64,000 nt of DNA from the NCBI GenBank assembly GCA_044892525.1, contig CM097885.1, positions 5,210,001 to 5,274,000 of the forward strand. The letters are read 5' to 3'. Origin of the DNA: Schmidtea polychroa (taxonomy: Eukaryota). Shown one piece after another: positions 1 to 14,409 of this stretch (position 1 is its first letter; every line of letters starts with the position of its first letter). The position numbers and the translations under genes are program-made. The notes beneath the pieces were generated by a model, which did no database searches, had not been told where the DNA came from, and saw only the letters and a list, made by a program, of their open reading frames with translations.

Positions 1-499
1 TTTATCAGTTTAAATGTAATGGGTGTAATGTCACATACATTGGAGAGGATTCCCGTCATCTCTGTATTCGAGCTCGATAGCATTGTAAACCGAAGGCTTT
101 GACCCATATTGGTGAGCACAATAAGGGCTGTAAGATTAAAATAGGTATGTCTGATTTTAAAATTTTATTAAAAAATTTTGATAATTATTGGGAACGTGTG
201 ATTTGTGAGGCGTTGTTGATAAAATCATTGAATCCGAAAATTAATGTGCAGAATGCAGTGAATACTTGTATTTTAAATGTTTTTAAATAATTTTTTTTCT
301 TGTATATTGCATGTATTGATTGTTGTGTTAAATTAAATAATTAATAAAATTTTTTAAATTATTAAATATAAAAGTTTTTATAAAATTAATAAATTTGTAT
401 AAAATCCTTAATTTACATAGTTATTATATCCCACCTGATGATGACAGGAAAACTGTCGAAATATATCGTGAAAAGAATGTTTGATTGGCGTTATCTTAT

Positions 500-505
<6 letters not shown>
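1..505 (+). mobile_element. Penelope-like retroelement 3' end: GIY-YIG endonuclease tail (stop at 290), AT-rich 3' UTR and hammerhead; runs off the left edge
   Basis: Translates YQFKCNGCNVTYIGEDSRHLC..HIGEHNKGC..ERVICEALLIKSLNPKINVQ, the PLE GIY-YIG motif set. Near-identical to 32355-32837 plus 33971-34049. A TAG near 78-80 interrupts the frame. Confidence 0.9.
432..470 (+). ncRNA. minimal type I hammerhead ribozyme
   Basis: cac-CTGATGA-t-GACAG gaaaa CTGTC-GAAA-tata-TC-gtg: both catalytic boxes, 5-bp stem II, palindromic short stem III, stem I cac/gtg. Lies in a Penelope 3' UTR. Confidence 0.85.
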
Positions 506-782
<277 letters not shown>

Positions 783-1570
783 TGTAATGGAATATATTTG
801 TTCTTGCGTAATTAATTATATAGTTCCAATAATAATATGATTCGCTGTTTGGGAAATTAATAAATGGAAGCATATTCCGGTTTATTTAAAGCCTCAACGA
901 ATGTTTATTGAGCTTCACAGTTTCACAATTTATTTCACACAAAATAATTCAATTTTGTTTCAGCTGTAAATATTTGTTGCTGACAATTATGGAAAACTGC
1001 AATTAATGGATAGGCAATCACAATCAACTAACTGTGTGCAAATACCATAGCGCAGATTTCCTAAAAGTGACGATTAATAGCTGTCTCGATTAATATTTAA
1101 AGGTCCCGTTTTCTCGCTACGTCCCTTAATGCACCAATCATATTCCAAATTTAGTGAGTAATCCCACAGAAATCCCTCCGGATGAAAGAGAGCAATCAAG
1201 GCCCATCGCCCGGTGTCATTCCAGCTCATCACCTTATACCGGTTGGCCAGGGCAAGCATGCCTCTTGTGGCGGCGCCTCTCATAGATTTGTGCGTGCCTT
1301 ACCCGGTTCCAGCAGTTCACAAGCTCAAGAGGCGAAATTAATGCGGGAAGGCGAGCGGCAGCGGTTACCGCATTGGCCCAGCCCTGTGACACCATTTACC
1401 CCCCCCCCCCGGAAGTTACTGTGGAACTGCCTGACGACGCCATATTGGCAGATATTGAGCGAAATGGCTGGTGAAGCCTTGTGAACATCTGAGACAATTC
1501 AAACCCACGCGTGACTGTTTATCTAGAACGTAAGACCTCCTAACGGCACTCGAGGACCCGTTAGAAACTT

Positions 1571-1604
1571 AGGGGGGAGGGAGGGAGGGAGGGAGGGAGG
1601 GAGA
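1571..1604 (+). repeat. (GGGA)n tract, potential G-quadruplex
   Basis: aggggggagggagggagggagggagggagggagag. Confidence 0.7.
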
Positions 1605-1928
1605 GTAGTTGTAAGACAGCAGCTCACATGCCTTTTAATTTTCAACGACAATGTACAGTACCAACATGACAGTTGTCATGGACACACAGATCGAAATATC
1701 ACAGTCATTGGCGTGTGTTTGATCGCGTTGAATTGCCGCTACCAGCTGTAGGGAGAGCAAATCAATATGCATTATACGAATTATATCCAGAACATTGATA
1801 AAACTCATTGACAGCCCCTTATTAATACCTGCTTTCCCCAGGTTCCAGTTTCGATCATCAAATCACAAATATCCGCATTTATAATCATTTAGTAGCTTCA
1901 TAATAATAATAATTATTATTAACATCAC

Positions 1929-2515
1929 CTCGGCGAGCTATAGAAATCCGCTCCTTCAACAACAACAACTTCCTTCTTATCCTTTATCACAACGATTGTG
2001 TTTCTAACATCTTTCTCATTATTGTGATCTTCACGAACGATAAAAATTGCATTCGATTTACCACAGAAATATCCATTTGCATATCGGCAATTATCAGATT
2101 GAGACAATTTTTCTGGGAAATTCATTGGTAGTTTCTAATAAGCAAGTAATTAATCCGAGTATTTATTTACTCGAATTTTCTTTACCTGCATATACAAATG
2201 TTGATCGTATTCGTTGGAGAAATAAACGATTTTGTTATAAACAAATAAATCAGCTCCACCATATTCATGGACTCTTGTTTTTGCTGAAAAGGAATTAGGT
2301 GTCCAAGTTTCATTTAATGATTGCTTATCTGCTAGATTCCTAGAAACAATAACACTTCTACCATTTTCAGTTGGCCTCATTTCAATAAAGTAAATGGTCA
2401 TATTTTTGTTGTTTTCATTTTGATCCAAGCAAAGATAAGTATAATCCAGTCTATCCATTAACATGATCGATGATGTAATAGGTGATATCCATGAACCAAA
2501 TTGTCTTTCCTTCAT
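1929..2515 (-). CDS. S9 / prolyl oligopeptidase-family peptidase, first two exons (2515-2186, 2134-1929); remainder not found
   Basis: Motifs FGSWISPIT, EMRPTENGRSVIV, KTRVHEYGG, RYANG, GADFYSSPR. A 51-nt GT-AG intron joins the two ORFs in phase 0. Confidence 0.8.
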
Positions 2516-3329
2516 TGATGATAATATTTTGGAAACTTTTAAAACAATTAAAGTAAAGCTAAATTCAGCGTAATTTATTTACATGAAAATAAATTAAACA
2601 ATTTGAATTTATCATATAAATTAATATATTATATAAACAAATAGAATTTCAACTTTTAATGCGTAATTTTATATATTAGCGTTTGTTATGGCTTTCAATA
2701 ATTAAAAATTTTAAAGATATTAAAGATTTAAATTTCCTAATACGATTTAGTTCATTTTGAAAAATTTATACGGGATAGTTTATAATATATTGCTTTAAAC
2801 AGCCCCATCTCTAACTCTAGTGTTTGGTTACGAGTAAAGAAAATTACATACCAGTACTCATTAATATCCTAGCTACCCTGATGCTGTTCATATGTCGCCA
2901 TCTTCCTCTTCGCAACTCCGCACATTTATAGATTATCACTAAATGCCAATCGCAAACGACGTTGATACTGCCCTTTATGGTAAGTTGTTAGAAAGATTTG
3001 AGCGCAGTTTAAAGGACTGTTGATACTCATACGTGCTCCCAGGTTAACGGGCTTGTTATATAAGGTGTAATACTTTACTTTCTATTGTTACTTTCGTAAT
3101 TATGCTGAGTTTACCTAAAACGGTATTGTTTAATTTTCATTGACGATTATGGAACCAAAGGTGATATTTGTTTTTGCATACGATCAGCAATACCAGGATA
3201 TATTGTCAAACAACTTGATAAAACTGTATTGCTATGTAAATATTTATGAATATCAAGTTGTTATAAGTGGCATCACAAATACAAACAGTTTTCTTTCCCA
3301 AGAAATATTATTAAAACAAAGCTTCTGGA

Positions 3330-3730
3330 CATCAGAATCTTTCAAACCCAATGATAAAAACTTGATCATCGGGAGTTCATATTTCTTTTCAAGCACCGAA
3401 GAATAAAGCATTTTGCATTTCTTTGTTCAAAATCAAGGGTAATGTAATACAAATTTTCTACAATATCTCGAGTAATTTCTCTTTCCGAAGTAATTGTAAA
3501 ACAGCATCCTGTCAGTCATAATTTTTATTAGATAATCAATTAGGTCTCTTTCCCCTAAATCAGTTCTAAAAATAGCATGAGATAGAGCGTATCCTATATA
3601 AATTGACATTGTATATGGCACATCATCTCCGGAATCTTTTATAGGCTGAGCTTGATCATCAATTTCATTGTCAACACTGACGAAACAGTATCCATTATCA
3701 ATAACCAATGCGACATTCTTATTCATCCAC
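3330..3730 (-). pseudogene. degenerate actin pseudogene with internal deletion and frameshifts
   Basis: [50 protein letters not shown], then [21 protein letters not shown] in another frame; matches actin [39 protein letters not shown]. Confidence 0.85.
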
Positions 3731-6700
3731 GTTGTAACAAAATATTTAAAAGTAAAAGAAAAGAAATCCATTAATCAAAACTATTATTTTAAGTCTCCAA
3801 ATTCGACTTTTTCAAACCAAATGCAACAAAATACAAAAAATTTCAGAAACGATTGATCCAAAATATAAAGTCCAATTAGAAAACCTCTAACATTTGAAAC
3901 ATAAAAAATAGTTTTTATCGCGTCTGTGTGCCATTCAAACAGAGAAACCGAAAAAAATAATCAAATGCAGAGACACGATACATAAATTAACCATATTACT
4001 AAATTATCCACTCATTTGGTTTTTGAAACCTTGACTTTTTAAAATAAGATTCAACTTCAGAAAACGAAATATCGTAATCCAAATATACGAGATCTGTAGT
4101 TTTTTTTGTCAGTCTTCAATATGATTTAGGGTTAAGTGAAGTAAGAAAAAGATAATCAAAACCATAAATTTGAAAATTTCTATAATTTTGAAAACGCTTA
4201 TCTATATTTACAAAAAGAATAAATTATTGATTTACGCCGGAAATTTATACGTTAATTTAATTCAAATAATTCTCACCGATCCCTTCAAAATCTATTCACC
4301 GTCTCATATACAAAGATTACTTCAAGGACGAACTTTGCGTTTTCATTTCTAATATTATTAAATAATCATCACAAAGTTCGTTCTAATAACCAGGGAATCT
4401 TAAAATGTTCATGAAATGTCTTTTAGAAAGCTGCTATATGTTAGTGTTATCAAAATGAAATCTTTATATCGCTTAAGTCAAGAGCAATTGAAGAAAATTG
4501 CCTTAAATTTAAAATTTTAAAATCGAATTTCCATCGACGAATACTAAATTTTGTTTTCTTCTGTTTGAACGTAAAATGCTTTGCTTTTAGTTTGTCATAT
4601 ATGTTAATATATTTTATAAATATTTTCTTTGCACTAGGTAACAAAATTTGTGTTGTCATATTTTTCCTTTTAACTCTTTGCTACAAGAACAAATGAGATA
4701 AGTATGTGAATTTCTTAATTAAAACAAAATAATTATAGTACAATAGTCATGAAGGCGTTTAGGAAGGTGTCGATTTAACATCTACAATTGCCCCTAACAC
4801 ATTTAAAAATAAAATGGCACACCCCTAAGGGACCAACACAATGAATAATATTATAAATAAAATAACGTAAGGAAAGCCGAAAAGTGGATTGAGATAGCAC
4901 TCTGGAACTTTGAAAAAAGAAAAAAATTGAGAATTGAAAAGTGAATAAAAGAAATCAGACAAGAAAGCAGAATAAATAACATTGCTGATTAATAATAGCA
5001 AAATGGAAATCCAAATTATAAAGAAATAAGAAAAATTCATATATTGACAGCCCGAAAGAGATATTAGGAATACAATAAGAGGGAACGACGAAAAAGGGCA
5101 AAACAAGTCAGGTCTTGCTAAATGTCAGTGATAACACAAAAGCTAAACAAATTATGGAAGCAGGAATGAAAAAAATGAATTATCACAAATATCAGACTAT
5201 AAAAGCAAATGGTCGAGGAAAATTAATGAAATTAGAAAGAGAAAAATTTGGAAGTAAACAGAGCGATAAAATTGAGTCCAATAAGAAAACTACGCCTGAG
5301 TAAAGCAAATACGACGGATTACGTATGTTTTTTTCCTTGAAAAAATTTATAAAACCTAGAAAAAATATATAATATATATAATATCTCAAAACATTAGATT
5401 TTTGTCTTTTTGATGACTCCCTGAAATATAGAAGTACTATACAAACCATCATACGAACACAACGCCGACATATTATGCATTTCATAGTAACAATATTTTA
5501 CAAGAACAATCTCAAAATGAAGTTCGACCAGCCATAAAATGATGCTGGCAGAAAATATTCGACAGTATGCGTTTCATACGGTAAAATATATGCCCTAGAC
5601 ACACGGAGACAATTTGTGTAATCTGTTCGGAAGATCAAAATGTAGAGTGATTTTTTATATTTTTTATGTATAGTTATAAGTATCTTGATGTTTAAAGGTA
5701 AAGAATGCTTGGAATTTGAAATTTCTTGTTATTTTGTAAGAGTTTAAATTTTGTTATTTGATAAATTTAAACTCGAATTGCTAAAAATGACGAAATAATA
5801 ATTATGGTATGAAAATTATTTTTTTCCCAAATGTTTTGGCGCCTCCTCTAGCCATAGGCTGCACCTCCCCGGTTGGAAACCACTGAATTATAATCGATAA
5901 TAATCCGAGAACCCCTAACATTTTGCACATTATATATATATATGCAATAAATCAATGAAATTATTAAGAGACTTACTTTGCATGGATTATCGATCCTGAA
6001 ATAAATATAAATAAAATCAATAAAAATAGAAAATAAACAAGGAATTTAATTTCATTGTAGCAACACGAAATCAATATTCCAATGATGCAATGTGCAACCT
6101 GAAAAATATCAATATTTCCTCAACAGAATAATCAATATGTATTTCATTAAAATCAAAAAACTGCAAGGATAAATAAGACTAACACATCTGAGCAAGCGAA
6201 TTCTAACTCTATGAAGATTTATTATTGGAATTGTTACTGATAAATAAGCCATTGACGAGACTGCTGGCTGAGTATAGCAATGACTTGGAACCTTTTTTAT
6301 TGCTTTTATCGACAATTGCTGACATTTCTTGATCATAAAGCCGATTGAAATGAAAATAAAGTTTCTCTAGCTTTTCTATTCGCTGACAAATCTTTTGTTG
6401 GAGAATATCTCTGACAATTAGCCAATGGTAAATGCAAGCAATCAGATAAAAGGAATTGAAAATCATATATACCCATTTGCACAATATTAATCAAAATTTT
6501 GGTCTTTTATTTAACACGACATTTCAGAACAGGCTTTTTCAAAGCGATTGTTGATCAATTTTAACATTCATTATATCCAAGTATTTAATCGAATTTATTA
6601 TTTTTATTGATTATAAAATAAATTTTGAAAATCTATAAATTTTAAATCAAAACAATAATTTTCAATCAATTTTATTAATTCAATAATTTTGATTTATGAT

Positions 6701-7231
6701 TTTTGTTAAATTGGTGTTTTTTTAATCTTCTAGCTTTTATTAATCCTTCTATTTAATCTATTTGCTAGGATCGGTGTTGGAACGACAATTTTACATGAAC
6801 GACTAACTAAACTCTAATTTCCTCTTCCACCATTTAGACATTAAATCCTTAAATTCTAACGAACTAACGTAAAATATATTAAATTTCTCCTGTATACATT
6901 ATTGCCGCTAATTTTCCTTTGTAAAAACCGACCTAAAATTCGTGTTAAATAATTGATTTTAATGATTTTAAATATATAATTTTATTGGAATAGATTTTAT
7001 AATAAATTTGAAAAATAATTAATAAATCAATTTTGTATTTTCAATTGAATGATTTTTGTTCATTTTTAAAACTTGTATAGGGTGGCTTTTGGTTTAATTT
7101 TAATTTATTTACACTAATACAAACAAAACTCTTTTTCAATATTTTAAATTAATTTTAAAATAAGGCAAAATGGAAATGGAAAAATCAAGAAATTAAAAAA
7201 TCATTCAATGAAACTAAATTGATCAAGAAAA

Positions 7232-9274
7232 TGTTGGGGGAAGTCTGAGATCAGATTTATGTTATAAATAAATCAAAATATTGATTTATAAAATGTAAGG
7301 AAATTAGGATAAAGAAAATGGGGGAAATTTAATAACAGAAAAGATTTTACTGATTGAATAATTGGAAGAGAAAAAGTCAATAAGACATAAAAGACTTTGT
7401 AAAACGATTCACAAGGCCAAAATCAGAACAGGAAAAACAGTCATGTTGAAAAATCAGAATTTATATATTACTGACAAATTGTAAGTAAAATATTAAGTTA
7501 ATTTCTTTATAAAAATAATAAAAAATTGATTTTAAATTAATTTAAAAAAAGAATCAAAGAAAACTTAATATTCTACTTATAATTTGAAAGTAATATACAT
7601 TCGGTAATAATTTAATTTACTTGATATAAGATATATTACTTACAGATTATCAGTAAAATATTAAAAAGAAAATCGCTTAATAATCTACTTATAATTTGTC
7701 AGTAATATAATGATATAAATCCAATAAAAATGAAATTTATTTAATAAAAAATATATTACTGATAAATTATAAGATATAGAATCAAAAATATTTACATTAA
7801 AAATGGGCAATATTGATAATTTCAAATGGTAAATTTTTTAAATAGATTTTTTTAGGACAATAAAGTTTACTTATAATTTATAAGTAATATATATTCAATA
7901 ATAATTTTATTTATTATATATTACTGACAAATTATAAGTAGAAAATCGAGTCCATCCTCATCTCTAGGACTCTGTTATGTGATCGAGGATGTTAAATGGA
8001 ACCAATAAGATGTAAATAAATTATCAATCAAGGATCTTGATGCAGTTAATTTAGTGAAAAGGAAAAGAAAATTAACTTTATATTTTACTTATAATTTATC
8101 AGTAACATAAATCGAAAAATAATTTGAATTTATGTATTACTGACAAATTGTAAGTAAAATATTAATTTAATTTCTTTTCATAATTAGCATTTTATAAAAA
8201 AAATAAATCAATAATTTTAAATCATTAATTAAAAAAAAAGAATCAAAAATAAACTTAAAATTTTACTTATAATTTGAAAGTAATATATATTCGGTAATAA
8301 TTTAATTTACTTGATATAAGATATATTACTAACAGATTATCAGTAAAATATTAAGTTATTTATAAAAAAGAAAATCGTCTAATAATCTACTTATAATTTG
8401 TCAGTAATATAAATGATATAAATCCAATAAAAATGAAATTTATTTAATATAAAATATATTACTGATAAATTATATTGATAATTTCAAATGGTGAATTTTT
8501 TAAAAAGAATTTTAGGAAAATAAAGCTTACTTATAATTTATCAGTAATATATATTCAATAATAATTTTATTTATTTATTATATATTACTGACAAATTATA
8601 AGTAGAAAATCGAGTCCGTGATTCTCTCTAGGCCTCTGTTATGTGTTATCGAGGGTACCGATAAGAGGTAAATAAATAGAATCAGTGAGTGAAATACGGG
8701 CGCAAAAAGTAGGTAATCGATAAGAAAGTGAAGAAATTTCGAAAAACTTACTCATGATTGAACTGTGATCCTGAAACAAAAATTTAGTTGAGAAATCGAT
8801 AGGAAAATCATAAAGTGAAACCTTGACAATGATTTGCGTTTCGATTAAGGATTTGATAGCTAATGGGAAGGAGTCAAAGTTAAAGCACGAGTGATTGTAA
8901 AAAGGTGAGAAACTTACACGTAATTAACGGAAGTTGTGTGATCCACGGAAATTTTATTGAGGAAACAAAATGTAAATTTGATTATTTCTTCTCCGGCTTC
9001 CAATCGGAGCTTGGTTTGATGGCCGAAAAGATACCAATCATATGCCAGGGTGAGGTAGAGTATTTGTTTGGCATTCAAACTTTGGTGAATGAATCCGTCT
9101 GCCCATAGCATGCAACGGATCAGACTTGTAAAGAGTGGTGTTCGATCCCAACCGGAAATGCAATGAATGAGTACGGAATAATCGTCTTAAAAATTATTCT
9201 ATTCATTATACCACTGTGATGTAATCATATTAAGATGATTAGTGGGTCTGGCTCCTGTATTACGCATCCCAACA
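7232..9274 (+). mobile_element. possible 2-kb LTR-like unit (TGTTGGG...CCCAACA) containing a palindromic-motif array
   Basis: Termini match the other LTR-like units in the window, but no TSD (AAAA vs TTCT). Confidence 0.4.
7466..8680. repeat. array of about 15 quasi-palindromic 25-bp motifs in alternating orientation, organised as a ~670-bp duplication
   Basis: TATTACTGACAAATTATAAGTA alternates with its reverse complement; 7466-8030 is similar to 8135-8680. Confidence 0.85.
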
Positions 9275-9781
9275 TTCTATTGCCCACAAAGCAATCATGA
9301 ATTCATATAAATTGTGAATTTATTGTATTATTCATATTAATATTGACACAAATAATATAATTAATTATATTGACTTAAATTTCGATATTATTTATAGCAA
9401 TATTGATTCAAATATTATAATATTAATGATAATAATAATTCATATAATGATTGAAATTTTCTTAATTTTGATATTTTAATTACTTTCGTTGTAATTGTAA
9501 TTGAATAATTTCATTTTCAAATATTTATTATTCTATGATAAACGATTCTATTTTTAGAAATTAATAACAATAATAATATTAAAATTTATATTTATTTTAT
9601 AGTGAAATAGAATAAAAAAGGGATGACGCTATCAAAGAAATAATAATAATGCATAAAATGAATAAATGATGGGCTGTTGAGGAAACCGTATAAGATTATT
9701 ATAAACAGAATAAGTGGAATGTTGATGAATAAACAGTCGAATTGACTATTTGCAATTGCTTAACAAAATTATTATTATTAT

Positions 9782-9860
<79 letters not shown>

Positions 9861-9864
9861 TTAG

Positions 9865-11425
9865 AATTTTATAACACACACCTTTAATAATTTTCTTTTT
9901 GATATATGAAAATTAAAACCGTACATTCAAATTACGGAAAGCTAGAATGTTTATTCAAAATATTGATCAGGCAGATAAAGGCTGCTATTTCCAATTAAAT
10001 TGGAATCTTGAATGCCCTGACCCAGGGGCTCATCAATACCTTCATGTATGTCAATATAGCCCGGTTTTGAAAATCCAGAAATCATCGTAGCATGAGACAG
10101 CTGCTCCCAGGCAGAGTCAACCCAATCAATCAAAACATCTCTTTGGGTAACTTTTGCTTTGAATATGCCTTCATTTGCTTCCATATCCGTTCTTAATTTT
10201 TCAGACCACATTGTTCTTAGGTGCGATTTAAACGGTTTATTCCAGCTAACATGTGCAGGCTGGCAAACTGATGTAAAACCAGATGGAATCTTCATCAATG
10301 TAATATTAAGGATATTTGCAGCGGCTAAAACATCGCTTGTCCAGTGTGCTGTAAAGTCATCCAATAATAAAATCTTTGGCTTCTCCACATTGTCGGAAAA
10401 ATTATGATAAAGCCAGATAACCATCATATCGCTTGTAAACCAGCCATTTTGGTTGCAATATATTTGAGTCGTGCTGGTTTTCCAGACACAACTACCAAAT
10501 CCATGTTGATTAATTCTATCCTGCAACGATGATGCCTCCACAACTGATTGTTTACCCTTAAATATTACAAAAGGTGGTTTTTTCTGTCCCTTAGAAGATC
10601 CCAGCAATAATACTGATATCCTCTCTTTTTCTTTCCCAGCTGTTCGTATGAATATTGTCTTGGAACCTATTTTATCTAAGGTTTTTCCCGGGATTGTTTC
10701 ATAATTAACAGCCGTTTGGTCGGCATTCCAAACACAATCTACATTTAATTCAATCATTTTTTGTCGGACGTCTAATGCAAACTGAGTGGCTACCGGATTT
10801 GGAAGGACTATGGATGTTTGTCCTTGATGAGATTTGGCTCTGAGTGACAAGCCATATCTTTTCTTAAAGGTTTTTAGCCACCCAGTGCTTGCTAAGAAAT
10901 TATTAACATCGGTTTGTCTGCACGATAGGCGAGCTTTAGTACGAAGTATACTGTCGGTTACGGGGGCACCATTTTGGCGCAGGGTTCGGACCCAGAAAAT
11001 AAGTTCGTCTTCGACTTCAGATGAAAGACTCGAGGAAGTTCCTAGTGGTCGGATCTTTTTCAATTTCTTGACCCTATTCATATTCCCAAGTTTTGTTATT
11101 CGGTCTTTATTTTTTCTCCATTGATATATTAACTGTCTTTTGGCTTCACGAGCTGGCGATGATGACTTTAGATCAGGCCAAAATTTGGTAACTGTCTGTG
11201 ACGCACCATTTACATCATAGAAATCCAACACATTCTTTTTAAATTGTATCGTATATGCAGTTCTCATATGTGTTACTTCTACTGTGTGGAATCCTTTTGT
11301 AGAAATGCGCCCAGATGCATTCTTCTTACCCACCATGTTGGGTTTAAAAGTTGAGTGTTTTTAAAAATTAAAAAAGTATTGAACGATAATATTAAAGCCT
11401 GTGTGTTATAAGAAAATAAATACGG
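9865..11425 (-). mobile_element. pogo/Tc2-like DNA transposon embedded in (TAT)n
   Basis: Inverted ends TTATAACACACA..TTTAAT (9869-9888) and ATTAAAG..TGTGTGTTATAA (11391-11411). Right end TACGG followed by TA. Left tip is eroded into the microsatellite. Confidence 0.85.
9951..11336 (-). CDS. pogo-family transposase (CENP-B-type HTH + DDE_1), third catalytic Asp replaced by His
   Basis: 461-aa open frame: VEDELIFWV..FLASTGWLKTFKKRYGLSLR, WNADQT, LLLDDFTAH, CQPAHVSWNKPFK. Confidence 0.93.
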   Translation of the reverse strand: MVGKKNASGRISTKGFHTVEVTHMRTAYTIQFKKNVLDFYDVNGASQTVTKFWPDLKSSSPAREAKRQLIYQWRKNKDRITKLGNMNRVKKLKKIRPLGTSSSLSSEVEDELIFWVRTLRQNGAPVTDSILRTKARLSCRQTDVNNFLASTGWLKTFKKRYGLSLRAKSHQGQTSIVLPNPVATQFALDVRQKMIELNVDCVWNADQTAVNYETIPGKTLDKIGSKTIFIRTAGKEKERISVLLLGSSKGQKKPPFVIFKGKQSVVEASSLQDRINQHGFGSCVWKTSTTQIYCNQNGWFTSDMMVIWLYHNFSDNVEKPKILLLDDFTAHWTSDVLAAANILNITLMKIPSGFTSVCQPAHVSWNKPFKSHLRTMWSEKLRTDMEANEGIFKAKVTQRDVLIDWVDSAWEQLSHATMISGFSKPGYIDIHEGIDEPLGQGIQDSNLIGNSSLYLPDQYFE

Positions 11426-12960
<1,535 letters not shown>

Positions 12961-13663
12961 GTGTCATAAAAAAACGCAAGACAAATATTTGCAATCGACA
13001 TAAATATCCGGGCCAGAATGATAACAAATAAATAGTAACACAAAAAAAGAAATTCCAATCGAATCGTTGCTAAGTCAAACGAACAATTGAAACGTCTAAG
13101 ATAATATTTTAGGAATTCTACCAGAGAAGATTTGAGAACAAAGATAAGGAGGAACGATAAGCATTACGAGAATTATTACGATGTTTGTAGGGGTTGTTGA
13201 CAATTTAGGCCAATCGCAATGAAGTTACAGAGAAATAAAAGGTTAAGGCAATTTCACAAAGCTAGATAACTGATATCGAAAGTGCATTAAGATAAAAAGA
13301 ATTTCCTGATTTCTTACCTCATTCAATAATAAATGGTAATGGGTTCCCTCCAGAATGCGATTAGTTCAAGATTTCCAACTATGGAAATGCAGTCGAAATC
13401 AAGAAATCTTGATGAAGCGATACTCCGGACAAGTTGTGATGATTGATGTGAGAAGTGAGGTAAGGAAACAAACGAATTATTGCCCATAGATGTCTCGCAA
13501 AAGAAAATTTCCAGGCAAATATCCCATATTGATATTATATAAGGCTAGAAGGAATCATGCTCAACACATGACAATATTGTGCATTATGTAATACTAATAA
13601 TATCATCCTACCTATGACGCATTTATGTATTAGTTGTATTACAGATTTATAATATAGTGACGG

Positions 13664-14279
13664 CAGGTACGCAGCCAGGATTTAAGGGCCGTTCATTTTC
13701 AATATATAATACATGAGAACATCAAAACATTAAGGGGGTTAAATTCATTGTAATTACTACAAAGTTATTCGTTTCCAGTTAATAATTTAGATAACTTCAC
13801 TCATTAACATTTGGCAATTGTCATAATAAATTTAATGACTTTTACGGTTTTTTTGGGGAGGCTGAAGCCAGAACGCATGATTGGAAGCATTTAGATCCAG
13901 ATCCATGGATTATCAAGGATATAAGTTATCAAATGCGAACGAATTTTGAATTGAGCAACAGACTGCAAAGAAACCGATTCTCGTTTATCGTACCTACGTC
14001 AGAATACCGATGCACGTGCTACGCGATGGGGATTCCCCATATTCCGAACGGCTTTAACACAGAACACAACACACGCTACTATTCTGCATTTCTTTTTTCA
14101 AATACAAAATCACATTTCTCGAGAGAAATAGAGCTAGTGGCATAGAGAACATGAACAAAGAAACGAAAGACGAATACGTGCTTTTTCCTACACAGTTTTT
14201 TTAATACACATATTTATATCTATTAAAACATTTTTGTATTTTCATTTGCCATGCCTGCCATACCCTAGTTACGCCTCTG
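13664..14279. mobile_element. non-autonomous hAT-like element
   Basis: Imperfect TIRs CAGGTACGCAGCCAGG and CCCTAGTTACGCCTCTG. Confidence 0.45.
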
Positions 14280-14409
14280 GATATAACATGAGACAGGGTG
14301 TTTTAGGGTAACTTTAGGAAACTTCAGCATCATCATAATATCGTATTTAATAAATGTATATAAATTGTGATAAACTTAACGATTATATTCACAAATAAAT
14401 ATGTAGATA

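Noticed and set aside
1428..1465. Possible hammerhead CTGACGA-GCCA/TGGC
   Set aside because: The stem is followed by AGATA rather than GAAA, and no cleavage triplet or stem I is evident.
6109..6484. Short minus-strand ORFs
   Set aside because: No recognisable domain or consistent splice structure.
7466..8610. CRISPR-like array (conserved motif with variable spacers)
   Set aside because: Repeats alternate in orientation, spacer lengths vary widely and are themselves duplicated, the context is eukaryotic, and no cas genes are present.
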